IMG/VR virus record: IMGVR_UViG_3300027373_000001
Coordinates: 1 to 39,508 of that record
Source: a virus
Lineage: Duplodnaviria; Caudoviricetes
DNA length: 39,508 bases
Direction: 5' to 3' (one strand)
In this document: one piece after another, positions 8,724-17,267 of the stretch
How positions within the stretch are numbered: position 1 is the first letter of the stretch
Layout of the letters: each line of letters starts with the position of its first letter
Notes under the pieces: model-generated
Database searches by the model: none
What the model was told of the DNA's origin: nothing
The model's input: only the letters and a program-made list of their open reading frames with translations
Translations under genes and position numbers: made by a program

Positions 8724-8852
8724 ATGAAACACATCGACAGGATACCCACGGACGTTCGCCCCACGGGGAGGAACTTGACGGCCTTGGCCTGGATTATGAT
8801 ATGGTTCCTCCTGTCCTTTATGACCGGAGTGCTCCTCTACATCGTATCATGA
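8724..8852 (+). CDS. small membrane protein (42 aa, below the track cutoff)
   Basis: MKHIDRIPTDVRPTGRNLTALAWIMIWFLLSFMTGVLLYIVS; GAGG upstream, ATGA-coupled to the next gene. Confidence 0.55.
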   Translation: MKHIDRIPTDVRPTGRNLTALAWIMIWFLLSFMTGVLLYIVS

Positions 8853-9136
8853 CGCCGCCGACCGAAGAACAGAAGGCGCGTGAGCGCGAACGCCTGGCCC
8901 TGCACAGGGCGGCCATGAAGCGCGTAGGCGCCGCTTTCCCGGCCCCCAAGGCCCAGAGCCGCCATGAGCACGACCAAAAGGCCGCCACGGCCCTGCAGGA
9001 GGCCGCCAACGACCGCCTGAACCGGGGCTGGCTGGCGGCCCGGCAGGACCTGATATCCATGGACGAGTTCAAGGCGATACTCCTCGGCTGGGAACGCGAC
9101 CAGGCGGAAGCCATCCGCATTTTGAAAAGGAAATGA
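8849..9136 (+). CDS. hypothetical protein
   Basis: ATGA coupling at both ends. Confidence 0.6.
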   Translation: MTPPTEEQKARERERLALHRAAMKRVGAAFPAPKAQSRHEHDQKAATALQEAANDRLNRGWLAARQDLISMDEFKAILLGWERDQAEAIRILKRK

Positions 9137-9957
9137 GCATGCAGAGGCAACACGACATCAAGAACGGCTACACCCAACTGGCGCACACGTTGCTCGAGGA
9201 CATGGCGCAGATGGACCTCACGAGCATGGAGTTCCGGGTGATCATGTGGGTTTGGCGCAACTCCTACGGCGTACACCACAAGAGCACCCGGCCGGTATCC
9301 GAGCGCGAGATGGCCCGCAGCATGGGCACCAACCCGGGCAACGTGCACCGGGCCCTGGAAAGCCTCAAGAAGCGCGACCTCGTGCGCCAGAAGGTACGCT
9401 CCTACAGCTTCAATAAGTACGCTGTAGGCGTTGCCGGGCGGCAACACCTGAATGTAATTAATCCATTAATTACAATGAAGCGTTGCCCAGCGGCAACGGG
9501 GGCGTTGCCGGGCGGCAACGGGGGGGCGTTGCCCAGCGGCAACGGGGCGTTGCCGGGCGGCAACGCTTCGAATGTAATATTGAAAGATAGGGGAGTTAAA
9601 GATAGGGGGAGTGAGCGCAGCGGAAAAACCGCTGCACCCCCAGCCCCGGTCCCTTCCGGGTCTTTTTCCCGAACCGAAATAGAGGCCGTCGGCCTGCACT
9701 ACATCAGCGTGAAGAAACTGCCGATGGCGGACGATGGGGCCAGGCAGGTGTACGCCAAGATGCGAAACGTCTGGGACCCCGCCAGGAAACTTCTGACGCT
9801 GGCGTCAGGAAACGTGGAGCGCGTCAAAGAGGCCATCAGCGACCTCGACGCCTACTACGCCGGCAAGCCGTGGACTTTATCGTGGGTGGCCACAGATTAC
9901 CCCGAGTGGGACAAGGAGAGGATGGAAAATGACGAAAAGAAAGAAGTTCGGAAGTAG
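9133..9957 (+). CDS. replication initiator (lambda O-like)
   Basis: N-terminus NGYTQLAHTLLE...LTSMEFRVIMWVWRNSYG plus HTH; central linker encoded by iterons. Confidence 0.85.
   Translation: MSMQRQHDIKNGYTQLAHTLLEDMAQMDLTSMEFRVIMWVWRNSYGVHHKSTRPVSEREMARSMGTNPGNVHRALESLKKRDLVRQKVRSYSFNKYAVGVAGRQHLNVINPLITMKRCPAATGALPGGNGGALPSGNGALPGGNASNVILKDRGVKDRGSERSGKTAAPPAPVPSGSFSRTEIEAVGLHYISVKKLPMADDGARQVYAKMRNVWDPARKLLTLASGNVERVKEAISDLDAYYAGKPWTLSWVATDYPEWDKERMENDEKKEVRK
9430..9612. promoter_or_regulatory. putative replication origin: five palindromic iterons plus an AT-rich palindrome
   Basis: GTTGCC-N4-GGCAAC at 9430, 9482, 9504, 9528 and 9549; TGTAATTAAT-CC-ATTAATTACA at 9453-9474. Confidence 0.8.
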
Positions 9958-10363
9958 AGCTAAACAGGACGGAGACGCCGAGGCCGGAAGCAACCCGTCG
10001 GTGTTCTCCGACGAGTTCCTGCGGTGCAAGAGGTGCTTCGCCAGCAAGGGCGTCTACGGAGAGCCGGACGTGCCTACCCTGATGGCACGCTCGGTAGTCC
10101 GCCTGAAGGTGCAGGACGGCCCCAACCTGGACGTGGGCGTAGTGGTGCGCTGCGGCAACGCCGACTGCAACTACATCCACGAGGCTCGGCCGTTCCGGGC
10201 GGCGGCCGATCACGGCATCACCAAGAGCATGATGCTCCTGGCCGCGGCGGGCTGCCGCGGAGAGCTGACGTTTACGGCCGAGGAGTTCAAGAAGTACAAT
10301 ATGCCCTACAACCCGAATCAGCACATCGAGCCGATGCGCCAGCAGGAGGAGTTGCCGCTATGA
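9929..10363 (+). CDS. hypothetical Cys-rich (possible Zn-binding) protein downstream of the initiator
   Basis: CKRC and CGNADC; AAGGAG RBS. Confidence 0.6.
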   Translation: MTKRKKFGSRAKQDGDAEAGSNPSVFSDEFLRCKRCFASKGVYGEPDVPTLMARSVVRLKVQDGPNLDVGVVVRCGNADCNYIHEARPFRAAADHGITKSMMLLAAAGCRGELTFTAEEFKKYNMPYNPNQHIEPMRQQEELPL

Positions 10364-10653
10364 AGATCTTCATCCCCTGTAAGAAATGCCTGCGGGCCAC
10401 CGAGCACACGCACATCGTGCGGCAGATATACATCTGCACCGTGTGCGGCACCCAGAACTCCGGCCACGGCAAGCGGGTGGAGAAGCCGGCCGGCAAGCGC
10501 GGCCGAAAGCCCGCCCTGACCTCGGAGGACAGGCAGGAGGCGTATCGGCTGCACGTGATTGGACTCACCGACAAGGCCATCGCCAACCGCCTGCAGGTCT
10601 GCATAGCGACCGCCAGGAAGGCGTGGAAAGAGATGGAGGCCGCCCATGGATAG
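10360..10653 (+). CDS. Zn-ribbon + HTH protein
   Basis: CKKC...CTVC, then GLTDKAIANRLQVCIATARK HTH. Confidence 0.7.
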   Translation: MKIFIPCKKCLRATEHTHIVRQIYICTVCGTQNSGHGKRVEKPAGKRGRKPALTSEDRQEAYRLHVIGLTDKAIANRLQVCIATARKAWKEMEAAHG

Positions 10654-10885
10654 ACTGCAAAAGCTTCACCAGTTCTGCGTCAAGGCGGACCCCTACCCCA
10701 CCAACGCCGAGATACGGCGCGAGATGGAACGGCTTCTCGACGAGACGCCGGAGGCCAAAGAGTTCACGCTGTTCCCCTTCGCCTTCAAGGCGCAGGAGGA
10801 CTTCCGCATCGCCGTCCAGCAGCTCTGGGACACCGGCTTTCAAGCCATCGTCTCCGTCAGGAAGGGGGAACGCCATGGCGGGTAA
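10646..10885 (+). CDS. hypothetical protein
   Basis: GGAGG RBS; overlapping gene chain. Confidence 0.55.
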   Translation: MDRLQKLHQFCVKADPYPTNAEIRREMERLLDETPEAKEFTLFPFAFKAQEDFRIAVQQLWDTGFQAIVSVRKGERHGG

Positions 10886-11030
10886 AAGGAAACTCTGCAA
10901 CGACGCGCCCATCAACATCCTGCGGCGGCTACGCTATCGGGTGCGAAGGGAGTCCAAGCACTACCCGCAGATTTCGGCGGCAACTGTTGTCGCCTGGATA
11001 GACCAAGAGATCGAGAGGAGAAAAAAATGA
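10875..11030 (+). CDS. hypothetical small basic protein
   Basis: MAGKRKL...; overlapping gene chain. Confidence 0.5.
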   Translation: MAGKRKLCNDAPINILRRLRYRVRRESKHYPQISAATVVAWIDQEIERRKK

Positions 11031-11239
11031 AAGAGCCAGCCAAGAAGATCATCACCAACCCGATAGAGAATGGAAACCTTCTCTGCCCCGTCTGCAGGAA
11101 AGGCGCCGTCTACCAGGGAGACGACGGAAAGATGTACACGTCGCCCATGCGGCGCTTCACCATCCCCGGCAAGGTCAACGCCCTGATGCACGAGTGCTGC
11201 ATCTCGAAGATACTCTCCGAAGCGAGGCTCCGCAAATGA
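11027..11239 (+). CDS. hypothetical protein (CPVC...HECC)
   Basis: GAGGAG RBS, ATGA coupling. Confidence 0.55.
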   Translation: MKEPAKKIITNPIENGNLLCPVCRKGAVYQGDDGKMYTSPMRRFTIPGKVNALMHECCISKILSEARLRK

Positions 11240-12405
11240 ACAACCTCATCTGGAAAACCGAACGCCGCAAAGTGGCCGACCTCGTACCCTACGAGCACAA
11301 CCCCCGGAAGATAACGGCCGACCAGGCCCGCCGCCTGCAGGACAGCCTCGAGAAGTTCAACCTCGTGGAGATACCCGCCGTCAACACGGACGGGATCATC
11401 ATAGCCGGGCACCAGCGCCTGGCCGTCATGAAGGCCATCGGCCGCGGCAACGAGATGGTGGACGTCCGGGTGCCCAACCGGAAACTCACCGAGGCCGAGC
11501 TCAAGGAGTACAACCTGCGCTCCAACAAAAACGTGGCCGAGTGGGACTTCGATATCCTGGCCGAGCACTTCCCCGAGGATATGCTCAAGGACGTAGGCTT
11601 CGACATGGCCGACATGCCGGAGGTGCAGACGGGATCCCAACCCGGACAGGATAAGGTGCCTACCCTCCGCAAGACCAGCATCAAGGTAGGCGACGCCTTT
11701 ACGCTCGGGGAGCACGTGCTCCTATGCGGCGACAGCACCAGCCTCGACACCGTCCGAAAGCTCGGACCCTGCGAGATGGCGTTCACGGACCCGCCTTGGA
11801 ACGTGGCTATCGGCCTCGACAGCAATCCGCGCCACCGCCAGCGCAAGGGGCTCATCAACGACAACCTCGGCAAGGACTTCCCGGCTTTCCTGCACAAGGT
11901 CGCCGCCGCCCTCGCCGCGGCCGTCCGCAAGGACATCTACGTGGTGATGGGCTGCGCCGAGTGGCCGAACGTACACGCCGCCCTCGCCGCGGCCGGCTTC
12001 CATTGGTCCAGCACCATCGTCTGGGTCAAGGATATCTTCGTCCTCGGCCGGAGCAACTACCACCGCCGCTATGAGCCCATCTGGTACGGCTGGCAGAAGA
12101 ACAGCTCCTACCGCGGCGACCGCAAGCAGGACGACGTCTGGGAGCACCAGCGGCCGACCAGGAGCCCGGAGCACCCGACCATGAAGCCGGTCGAGCTGGT
12201 AGAGCATGCCATCCTCAACTCGTCCGTCAAAGGCGACACCGTGCTCGACCTGTTCGGAGGTTCCGGCACCACGCTCCTAGCCTGCGAAAAGACCGGCCGC
12301 AAGTGCCGCATGATCGAGCTCGAGCCCGGATACTGCCAAGTGATAATCGACCGCTGGGAGGAGTTCACCGGCCGCAAGGCCAAGCCCCTGCGCCTTGACA
12401 AGTAG
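11236..12405 (+). CDS. ParB-like N-terminal domain fused to an N4/N6 DNA methyltransferase
   Basis: PYEHNPRK...IIAGHQRL (ParB-N); CGDS, FTDPPWN, HPTMKPVEL, VLDLFGGSGTT. Confidence 0.92.
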   Translation: MNNLIWKTERRKVADLVPYEHNPRKITADQARRLQDSLEKFNLVEIPAVNTDGIIIAGHQRLAVMKAIGRGNEMVDVRVPNRKLTEAELKEYNLRSNKNVAEWDFDILAEHFPEDMLKDVGFDMADMPEVQTGSQPGQDKVPTLRKTSIKVGDAFTLGEHVLLCGDSTSLDTVRKLGPCEMAFTDPPWNVAIGLDSNPRHRQRKGLINDNLGKDFPAFLHKVAAALAAAVRKDIYVVMGCAEWPNVHAALAAAGFHWSSTIVWVKDIFVLGRSNYHRRYEPIWYGWQKNSSYRGDRKQDDVWEHQRPTRSPEHPTMKPVELVEHAILNSSVKGDTVLDLFGGSGTTLLACEKTGRKCRMIELEPGYCQVIIDRWEEFTGRKAKPLRLDK

Positions 12406-12423
12406 CCGGGGCCGCCATATAAT
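12395..12423 (+). promoter_or_regulatory. perfect sigma70 consensus promoter upstream of terS
   Basis: TTGACA (12395-12400), 17-nt spacer, TATAAT (12418-12423). Confidence 0.85.
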
Positions 12424-12429
12424 ATCTGC

Positions 12430-12846
12430 ATGGCAAAGGTAGGACGAAAACTTTTTGACGGGAAGGACTACGACATCGTTGTTCAGAAACTGGAACAGGC
12501 GTGGGCGCTCGACTGCTCGGATGTGGAGGCGGCCGCCTACGCCGACATTTCTTCGGCGGCCTTGTCGGACTTCCTGAAAAAGAACCCTAAAGTTTCCGAA
12601 AGAAAAGCCCGCCTTAAACAGCGGCCGGTACTGCAGGCCCGTTCCGTGGTCATTAAAAAGATACAGGCGGGAGACGCGAAGCTGGCCCTGCAGTACCTCG
12701 AGCGGAAGAAGAGCGGCGAGTTTTCCACCATGCAGAAGGTGGCTGGGCCGGACGGGAAGCCGTTGCCGGCGGCATCCGCCAACGTGGTGCAGGTGTACAT
12801 CCCCCACAACAACCGGGACCCCATCCCCGAACCTAAAAAGAAATGA
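12430..12846 (+). CDS. terS: terminase small subunit
   Basis: HTH-like N-terminus, ALQYLERK, GPDGKPL, VYIPHNNRD; directly before terL. Confidence 0.8.
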   Translation: MAKVGRKLFDGKDYDIVVQKLEQAWALDCSDVEAAAYADISSAALSDFLKKNPKVSERKARLKQRPVLQARSVVIKKIQAGDAKLALQYLERKKSGEFSTMQKVAGPDGKPLPAASANVVQVYIPHNNRDPIPEPKKK

Positions 12847-14228
12847 CCGAGATACGGCCGCAGTCCGGCCCGCAAGAGAAGTTCCTGTCGAGCGAGGCCG
12901 ATATCGTCATATACGGCGGCGCGGCCGGCGGCGGCAAGACGTTCAGCCTGCTGCTGGAGGCCATGCGGCACAGCGGCAACCCGGACTTCGGTGCCGTACT
13001 GTTCCGGCGCACCACGCCGCAGATCACCAACGAGGGCGGCATGTGGGACGCCTCGTCCAAGATCTACGGCCCGGTCGGAGCCGTTCCGAAAGAGTCAACC
13101 CACGAGTGGGTGTTCCCCAGCGGCGCCAGGGTAAAGATGGCGCACCTCGAGTACGACAAGAACCGCCTCGACTGGCAGGGCTCCGAGGTTCCCCTCTTCG
13201 GCTTCGACGAACTCTCCCACTTCACCTCCCAGCAGTTCTGGTACATGCTCTCGCGTAACCGCTCGACCTGCGGCATCAAGCCGTACATCCGGGCGACCAC
13301 CAACCCGGACCCCGATAGTTTCGTGGCCGACCTTATATCCTGGTGGATAGACCAGGAGACCGGATTCGCCATCCCCGAGCGCAGCGGGAAGGTGCGCTGG
13401 TTCGTGCGCGAGAACGACATCGTTATCTGGGCGGACAGCAAAGAAGAGCTGGTGGCCAAGGACAAGACCCGCCAGCCCAAGAGCCTGACGTTCATCCATT
13501 CCTCCGTGTTCGATAACCGCATTCTGCTGGAAAAGGACCCCGGCTACCTGGCGAACTTGAAAGCCCTGCCCTACGTGGAACGGGCCCGCCTGCTCGAAGG
13601 CAACTGGAAGGTGCGGCCCGCCGCGGGCAACTTTTTCAAGAAGGAGTTTTTCGGCGTGGTCGATACTCTGCCGGCCGCCCGGAGCATCGTGCGCTATTGG
13701 GACCGCGCAGGCAGCGAGAAGAAAGAGGACGGCTCGAACAACCCGGACTGGACCGTGGGCGTGAAGATGAGCCGGGACCGTCTCGGTATTTTCTACATCG
13801 AGGACGTGGTCAGGTTCCAAGGCTCTCCCCTCTCGGTGGAGACGGCCATCCAAAACACGGCCAGCCAGGACGGCCGCGCCGTGCACATCGGTATCGAGCA
13901 GGACCCCGGCCAGGCTGGTAAGGCAGAGGCCGAGTACCAAATACGGAACCTCGCCGGATACCGGGCCACCGCTTTCCCCGTTACCAAAGACAAGCCCACC
14001 CGTGCAGGTCCCTTCTCTTCGCAGGCCGAGGCCGGAAACGTAAAGGTGCTGCGGGCCCCGTGGAACCGCGACTTCTTTATCGAACTCGAGAACTTCCCGG
14101 AGGGCGATCATGACGACCAGGTGGACGCCTCTTCCGGAGCTTTTATGATGCTGGCCTCGCAGTCGCACGGCAATGTTGCCAGCGCATGGCCTGGTGCAAA
14201 TCCGGCCCCAGCCAACGACTGGGAATAG
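12843..14228 (+). CDS. terL: terminase large subunit
   Basis: Walker A YGGAAGGGKT, FDEL Walker B, ATTNP, RYWDRA, EQDPGQAGK, HDDQVDA. Confidence 0.96.
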   Translation: MTEIRPQSGPQEKFLSSEADIVIYGGAAGGGKTFSLLLEAMRHSGNPDFGAVLFRRTTPQITNEGGMWDASSKIYGPVGAVPKESTHEWVFPSGARVKMAHLEYDKNRLDWQGSEVPLFGFDELSHFTSQQFWYMLSRNRSTCGIKPYIRATTNPDPDSFVADLISWWIDQETGFAIPERSGKVRWFVRENDIVIWADSKEELVAKDKTRQPKSLTFIHSSVFDNRILLEKDPGYLANLKALPYVERARLLEGNWKVRPAAGNFFKKEFFGVVDTLPAARSIVRYWDRAGSEKKEDGSNNPDWTVGVKMSRDRLGIFYIEDVVRFQGSPLSVETAIQNTASQDGRAVHIGIEQDPGQAGKAEAEYQIRNLAGYRATAFPVTKDKPTRAGPFSSQAEAGNVKVLRAPWNRDFFIELENFPEGDHDDQVDASSGAFMMLASQSHGNVASAWPGANPAPANDWE

Positions 14229-14237
14229 CCCCGGGCC

Positions 14238-14267
14238 TTGACAGCAATTGTTCCCGTCTGGTATACT
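14238..14267 (+). promoter_or_regulatory. sigma70-type promoter
   Basis: TTGACA, 18-nt spacer with extended TG, TATACT. Confidence 0.7.
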
Positions 14268-14300
14268 TTGGCCGTGAAGTTAAACTTGTTCGGAGGCAAA

Positions 14301-15077
14301 ATGAAAAAACTGTTCGAGCCGTTCCTTTCCCTGATAGTGCTGTTCTTCCTCATCACGCTGTGCAACATCTTCCCCGCTAAAGCCGCAGGCCCTGCCATAG
14401 CCGGTCATTACCTCAAGACCGGCGAGGTCCTCGTAGGCGTTACCGGGTCTGCTCCGGTCGCCAACAAACTGACCGGCACCGCCAACCAGATAACTGTTAC
14501 CACGGCCGCCGAGGGTGGAAACCTTACGCTGTCGTTGCCGAACAGCGTTATCTTCCCCGGCAACGTACAGGTCCTCGGAACCCTTACCCCCACGTCTACG
14601 AGCTACACCTACGACGACCTCACCGTCAACTACGGGATCGCTGCCGCGACCGGAGTATTCTCCGGAGCCGTGACCGGCGCCAGCTTCGGCGCTACCGGCG
14701 CTCTGACCGGGGCCACCCTGGCGACCACCGGGGCCGGCACCATCGTAGGCGACTTCAAGGCCGGAGCCGCCAACTACGTCAGCACCATGACCGCATCGAA
14801 CGGCAACTGGGCCATCACCGGAAACGTGGTGTCCCTCGGCGCCGTGCAGGGCGCAACCGTGACCGGGACGACATCAGTTACCAGCCCTCTGTTTATAGCC
14901 ACCGGGCCGACGCGCTTGTATTCGCGCTCCGCCGCGCAGATTAAGGCTATAGATCCCGGAGCGGCCGGAGAATACTACTACTGCTCCGACTGCGCTACCG
15001 TGTCGACCTGTGTGTCCACCGGCACCGCCGTAGCCGACTGGGCGCTGATCACCGACAAAACCGCAGCCTGCGAATAA
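14301..15077 (+). CDS. Gly/Thr/Ala-rich beta-type (fibre-like) protein with predicted signal peptide
   Basis: GGAGG RBS before ATG 14301; MKK-hydrophobic-AKA N-terminus; C-terminal YYCSDC motif. Confidence 0.65.
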   Translation: MKKLFEPFLSLIVLFFLITLCNIFPAKAAGPAIAGHYLKTGEVLVGVTGSAPVANKLTGTANQITVTTAAEGGNLTLSLPNSVIFPGNVQVLGTLTPTSTSYTYDDLTVNYGIAAATGVFSGAVTGASFGATGALTGATLATTGAGTIVGDFKAGAANYVSTMTASNGNWAITGNVVSLGAVQGATVTGTTSVTSPLFIATGPTRLYSRSAAQIKAIDPGAAGEYYYCSDCATVSTCVSTGTAVADWALITDKTAACE

Positions 15078-15087
15078 GGAGAAACAC

Positions 15088-15234
15088 ATGAAACTCGAAG
15101 AAGCCCTGCTGGAAGTGCTCAAGGACAGCCCGCCTAACGCCGCCATCCGCAAGCTCGACCTGGAAAAGGCCGTCGCCATGATGTCCGCGAAGCCGGAAGT
15201 GAAGCAGCCCGAGCCCGAACAGCCCGCCGCTTAA
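15088..15234 (+). CDS. small hypothetical protein (48 aa)
   Basis: AAGGAG RBS; MKLEEALLEVLK...; stop abuts the portal ATG. Confidence 0.55.
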   Translation: MKLEEALLEVLKDSPPNAAIRKLDLEKAVAMMSAKPEVKQPEPEQPAA

Positions 15235-17061
15235 ATGATCAAACGGCACATGAAGGAAGCGAAAGCCCGCCCCGGCGACTGGATGCAATCCGGCCGGGGC
15301 GGTGCTGCTCCGGCGGCCAAGACCATCCCGTTCCAGATTCCTGACCTCGAAGAGGTCTACAGGGAGATGGAGAACCCGGGAGACCTTCCTCTCACGAAAG
15401 TGATGAAGGCGGTCGAGTCCGGCCAGGCCGTCATAGACGACGCCATCCTGTTCTGCGGCCGCTTCGACAGAAGCGGCTTTCTTTTTCGCGAGAGCGCCGG
15501 CCGCCAGCGGCCGTACCGCCTGCTCCGCACCAACGGCCACAAGGAATACGTGTCCGCCATGCGCGAGAGCCGCGGCGAGTTCGAGAGCCTGCCTAAAAAG
15601 ATAGAGGCGGCCAGGCGCAAGCGCGAGGCAACAAAGAAGCTCCGCAAGACTCTCTCGCGAGAAAACTTCGTCAGCAATTCCGACCTCGGTTCGATAGGCG
15701 GCCTCGACCCGAATCAGTTCACCGAGTACACGCCCCTCTTTTCCGGTCCCTTCTACAAGCAGCAGTACTTCGACTATTTTACCGGCCACGCCCGGGCCTT
15801 CCAGCATTGGACCCACAACCCGGTCGCCAAGCGCATCGTGGACATTCTCGTCCAGTACGCCCTCGGCCGCGGCTTCAAGATAAAGTGCAAAGACAAGAAG
15901 AAGCAGGAACTCTGGAACGCTTTTGACAAGGCCAACCGCATCCAGTTCAAGATCCGAAAGTTCTGGGGCCGCGAGTATCTGATCTACGGCGAGAACTTCA
16001 TCGACAACATCCGCTGGGTTAGCATAGACCCGTCCACCATCTGGGACATCATCTGCGAAGGATACGACGAATACATCGACAAGGTGCTCTACTATCACCA
16101 GATGTACCAGACGGCCACCCAGATGTACGCCGGGATGTCCGTCAAAGGCGTTCCGGGCTCCAAGGACTCGAAGATAGGGCACTACATCGTCCGGCAGATT
16201 CCCTACGACCAGATTATCCACATCAAGACGAACGTGACCAGCGGCGAGAAGCGCGGTCGCAGCGTGTTCTACGCCATCCTCGGTTGGCTCAAGCGGCTGA
16301 CCGACCTCTACAACGCCCAGGTCCTGGGCGAACAGCTGCGGGCCTCGTTCGTCTGGGACGACACTATACAAGGCGACGACGCGGACGTATCCGCACATGC
16401 GGCCAAGTATGCCTACATCCCGGTCGCGCCATCTATTTTCGTTCACAATGAAGCGATCACCCGGAAGCCGCTGGCCCCTATGGCCGGCGTCACGGGAGGC
16501 GCTGGCGGGGACATCGGAGATCAAATACTGTCGTTGATCGCAACGGCCGTCGGGATACCGAAAGACCACTTCAATGCTTCCTCCGCCGGCGGCTCTCGTG
16601 CCACCGCCATAGTAGGCTCCGAGCCTTTCACCAAGGTCATAGAGGACCTGCAGGAGGATTTCAGCGACCTGCTCGACCAGATAATAGAGCGCTTCTGCCG
16701 CAACAGCAAGATCGCCTACGTCCCCGAGGAATGGAAGAAGATATTCCCCTCCGTCACCAAGGACACGCTGACCGAGGTCCTCAAGAACATAGCCATGCGC
16801 GAGAGCATGGGCTGGATATCGAAGCGCCAAGCCGCCACGCTTGCGGCCGCCGAGTGCGACGATGACGAGTTTGACTATGACGAAATGGTGAAGGAGAAGG
16901 CGAAGGACACGGCCACAGAGAACGGCGCCAACATCCACACCCCCAAGCCTATGCCGGACGGCCGGCTCGGCTTCGGTTCCAAGCCGCAGGACGAGGACAC
17001 GAGTTCTCCGCTGCACGGAAAAGAAAAGTCGGAAATCAAAAAGCAGCATAAACATCTTTAA
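15235..17061 (+). CDS. portal protein with N-terminal extension
   Basis: NPVAKRIVD...LGRG, YLIYGENF, QIIHIKTN...RGRS, AVGIPKDHF; position after terL. Confidence 0.85.
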   Translation: MIKRHMKEAKARPGDWMQSGRGGAAPAAKTIPFQIPDLEEVYREMENPGDLPLTKVMKAVESGQAVIDDAILFCGRFDRSGFLFRESAGRQRPYRLLRTNGHKEYVSAMRESRGEFESLPKKIEAARRKREATKKLRKTLSRENFVSNSDLGSIGGLDPNQFTEYTPLFSGPFYKQQYFDYFTGHARAFQHWTHNPVAKRIVDILVQYALGRGFKIKCKDKKKQELWNAFDKANRIQFKIRKFWGREYLIYGENFIDNIRWVSIDPSTIWDIICEGYDEYIDKVLYYHQMYQTATQMYAGMSVKGVPGSKDSKIGHYIVRQIPYDQIIHIKTNVTSGEKRGRSVFYAILGWLKRLTDLYNAQVLGEQLRASFVWDDTIQGDDADVSAHAAKYAYIPVAPSIFVHNEAITRKPLAPMAGVTGGAGGDIGDQILSLIATAVGIPKDHFNASSAGGSRATAIVGSEPFTKVIEDLQEDFSDLLDQIIERFCRNSKIAYVPEEWKKIFPSVTKDTLTEVLKNIAMRESMGWISKRQAATLAAAECDDDEFDYDEMVKEKAKDTATENGANIHTPKPMPDGRLGFGSKPQDEDTSSPLHGKEKSEIKKQHKHL

Positions 17062-17075
17062 CCCAAGGACGACAA

Positions 17076-17267
17076 ATGACCCCGAAGATAAAGATCGAGG
17101 GGCGCCTCACCGTAGGCGCCCTGCTCTACATTAAGCCAGACCGCACGTACACCACCGACAAGAAAAAAGCCGACAAGCGTTTTCCCGACCCCGTCGCCCG
17201 CATAGCGAAAGGGCCGGCCGCCGAGTTCACCGATAAGGGCTTGCAGGCCCTGTCCCTCTCGAAATGA
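17076..17267 (+). CDS. hypothetical protein
   Basis: AAGGA RBS; ATGA coupling to the next gene. Confidence 0.55.
   Translation: MTPKIKIEGRLTVGALLYIKPDRTYTTDKKKADKRFPDPVARIAKGPAAEFTDKGLQALSLSK

Noticed and set aside
8775-8800. TTGACG...TATGAT as a promoter
   Set aside because: The spacer is only 14 nt and it lies within the small membrane ORF 8724-8852.
11236-11600. ParB domain as evidence of a plasmid-prophage partition system
   Set aside because: It is the common ParB-N/methyltransferase fusion found before terminase genes; no ParA was recognised.
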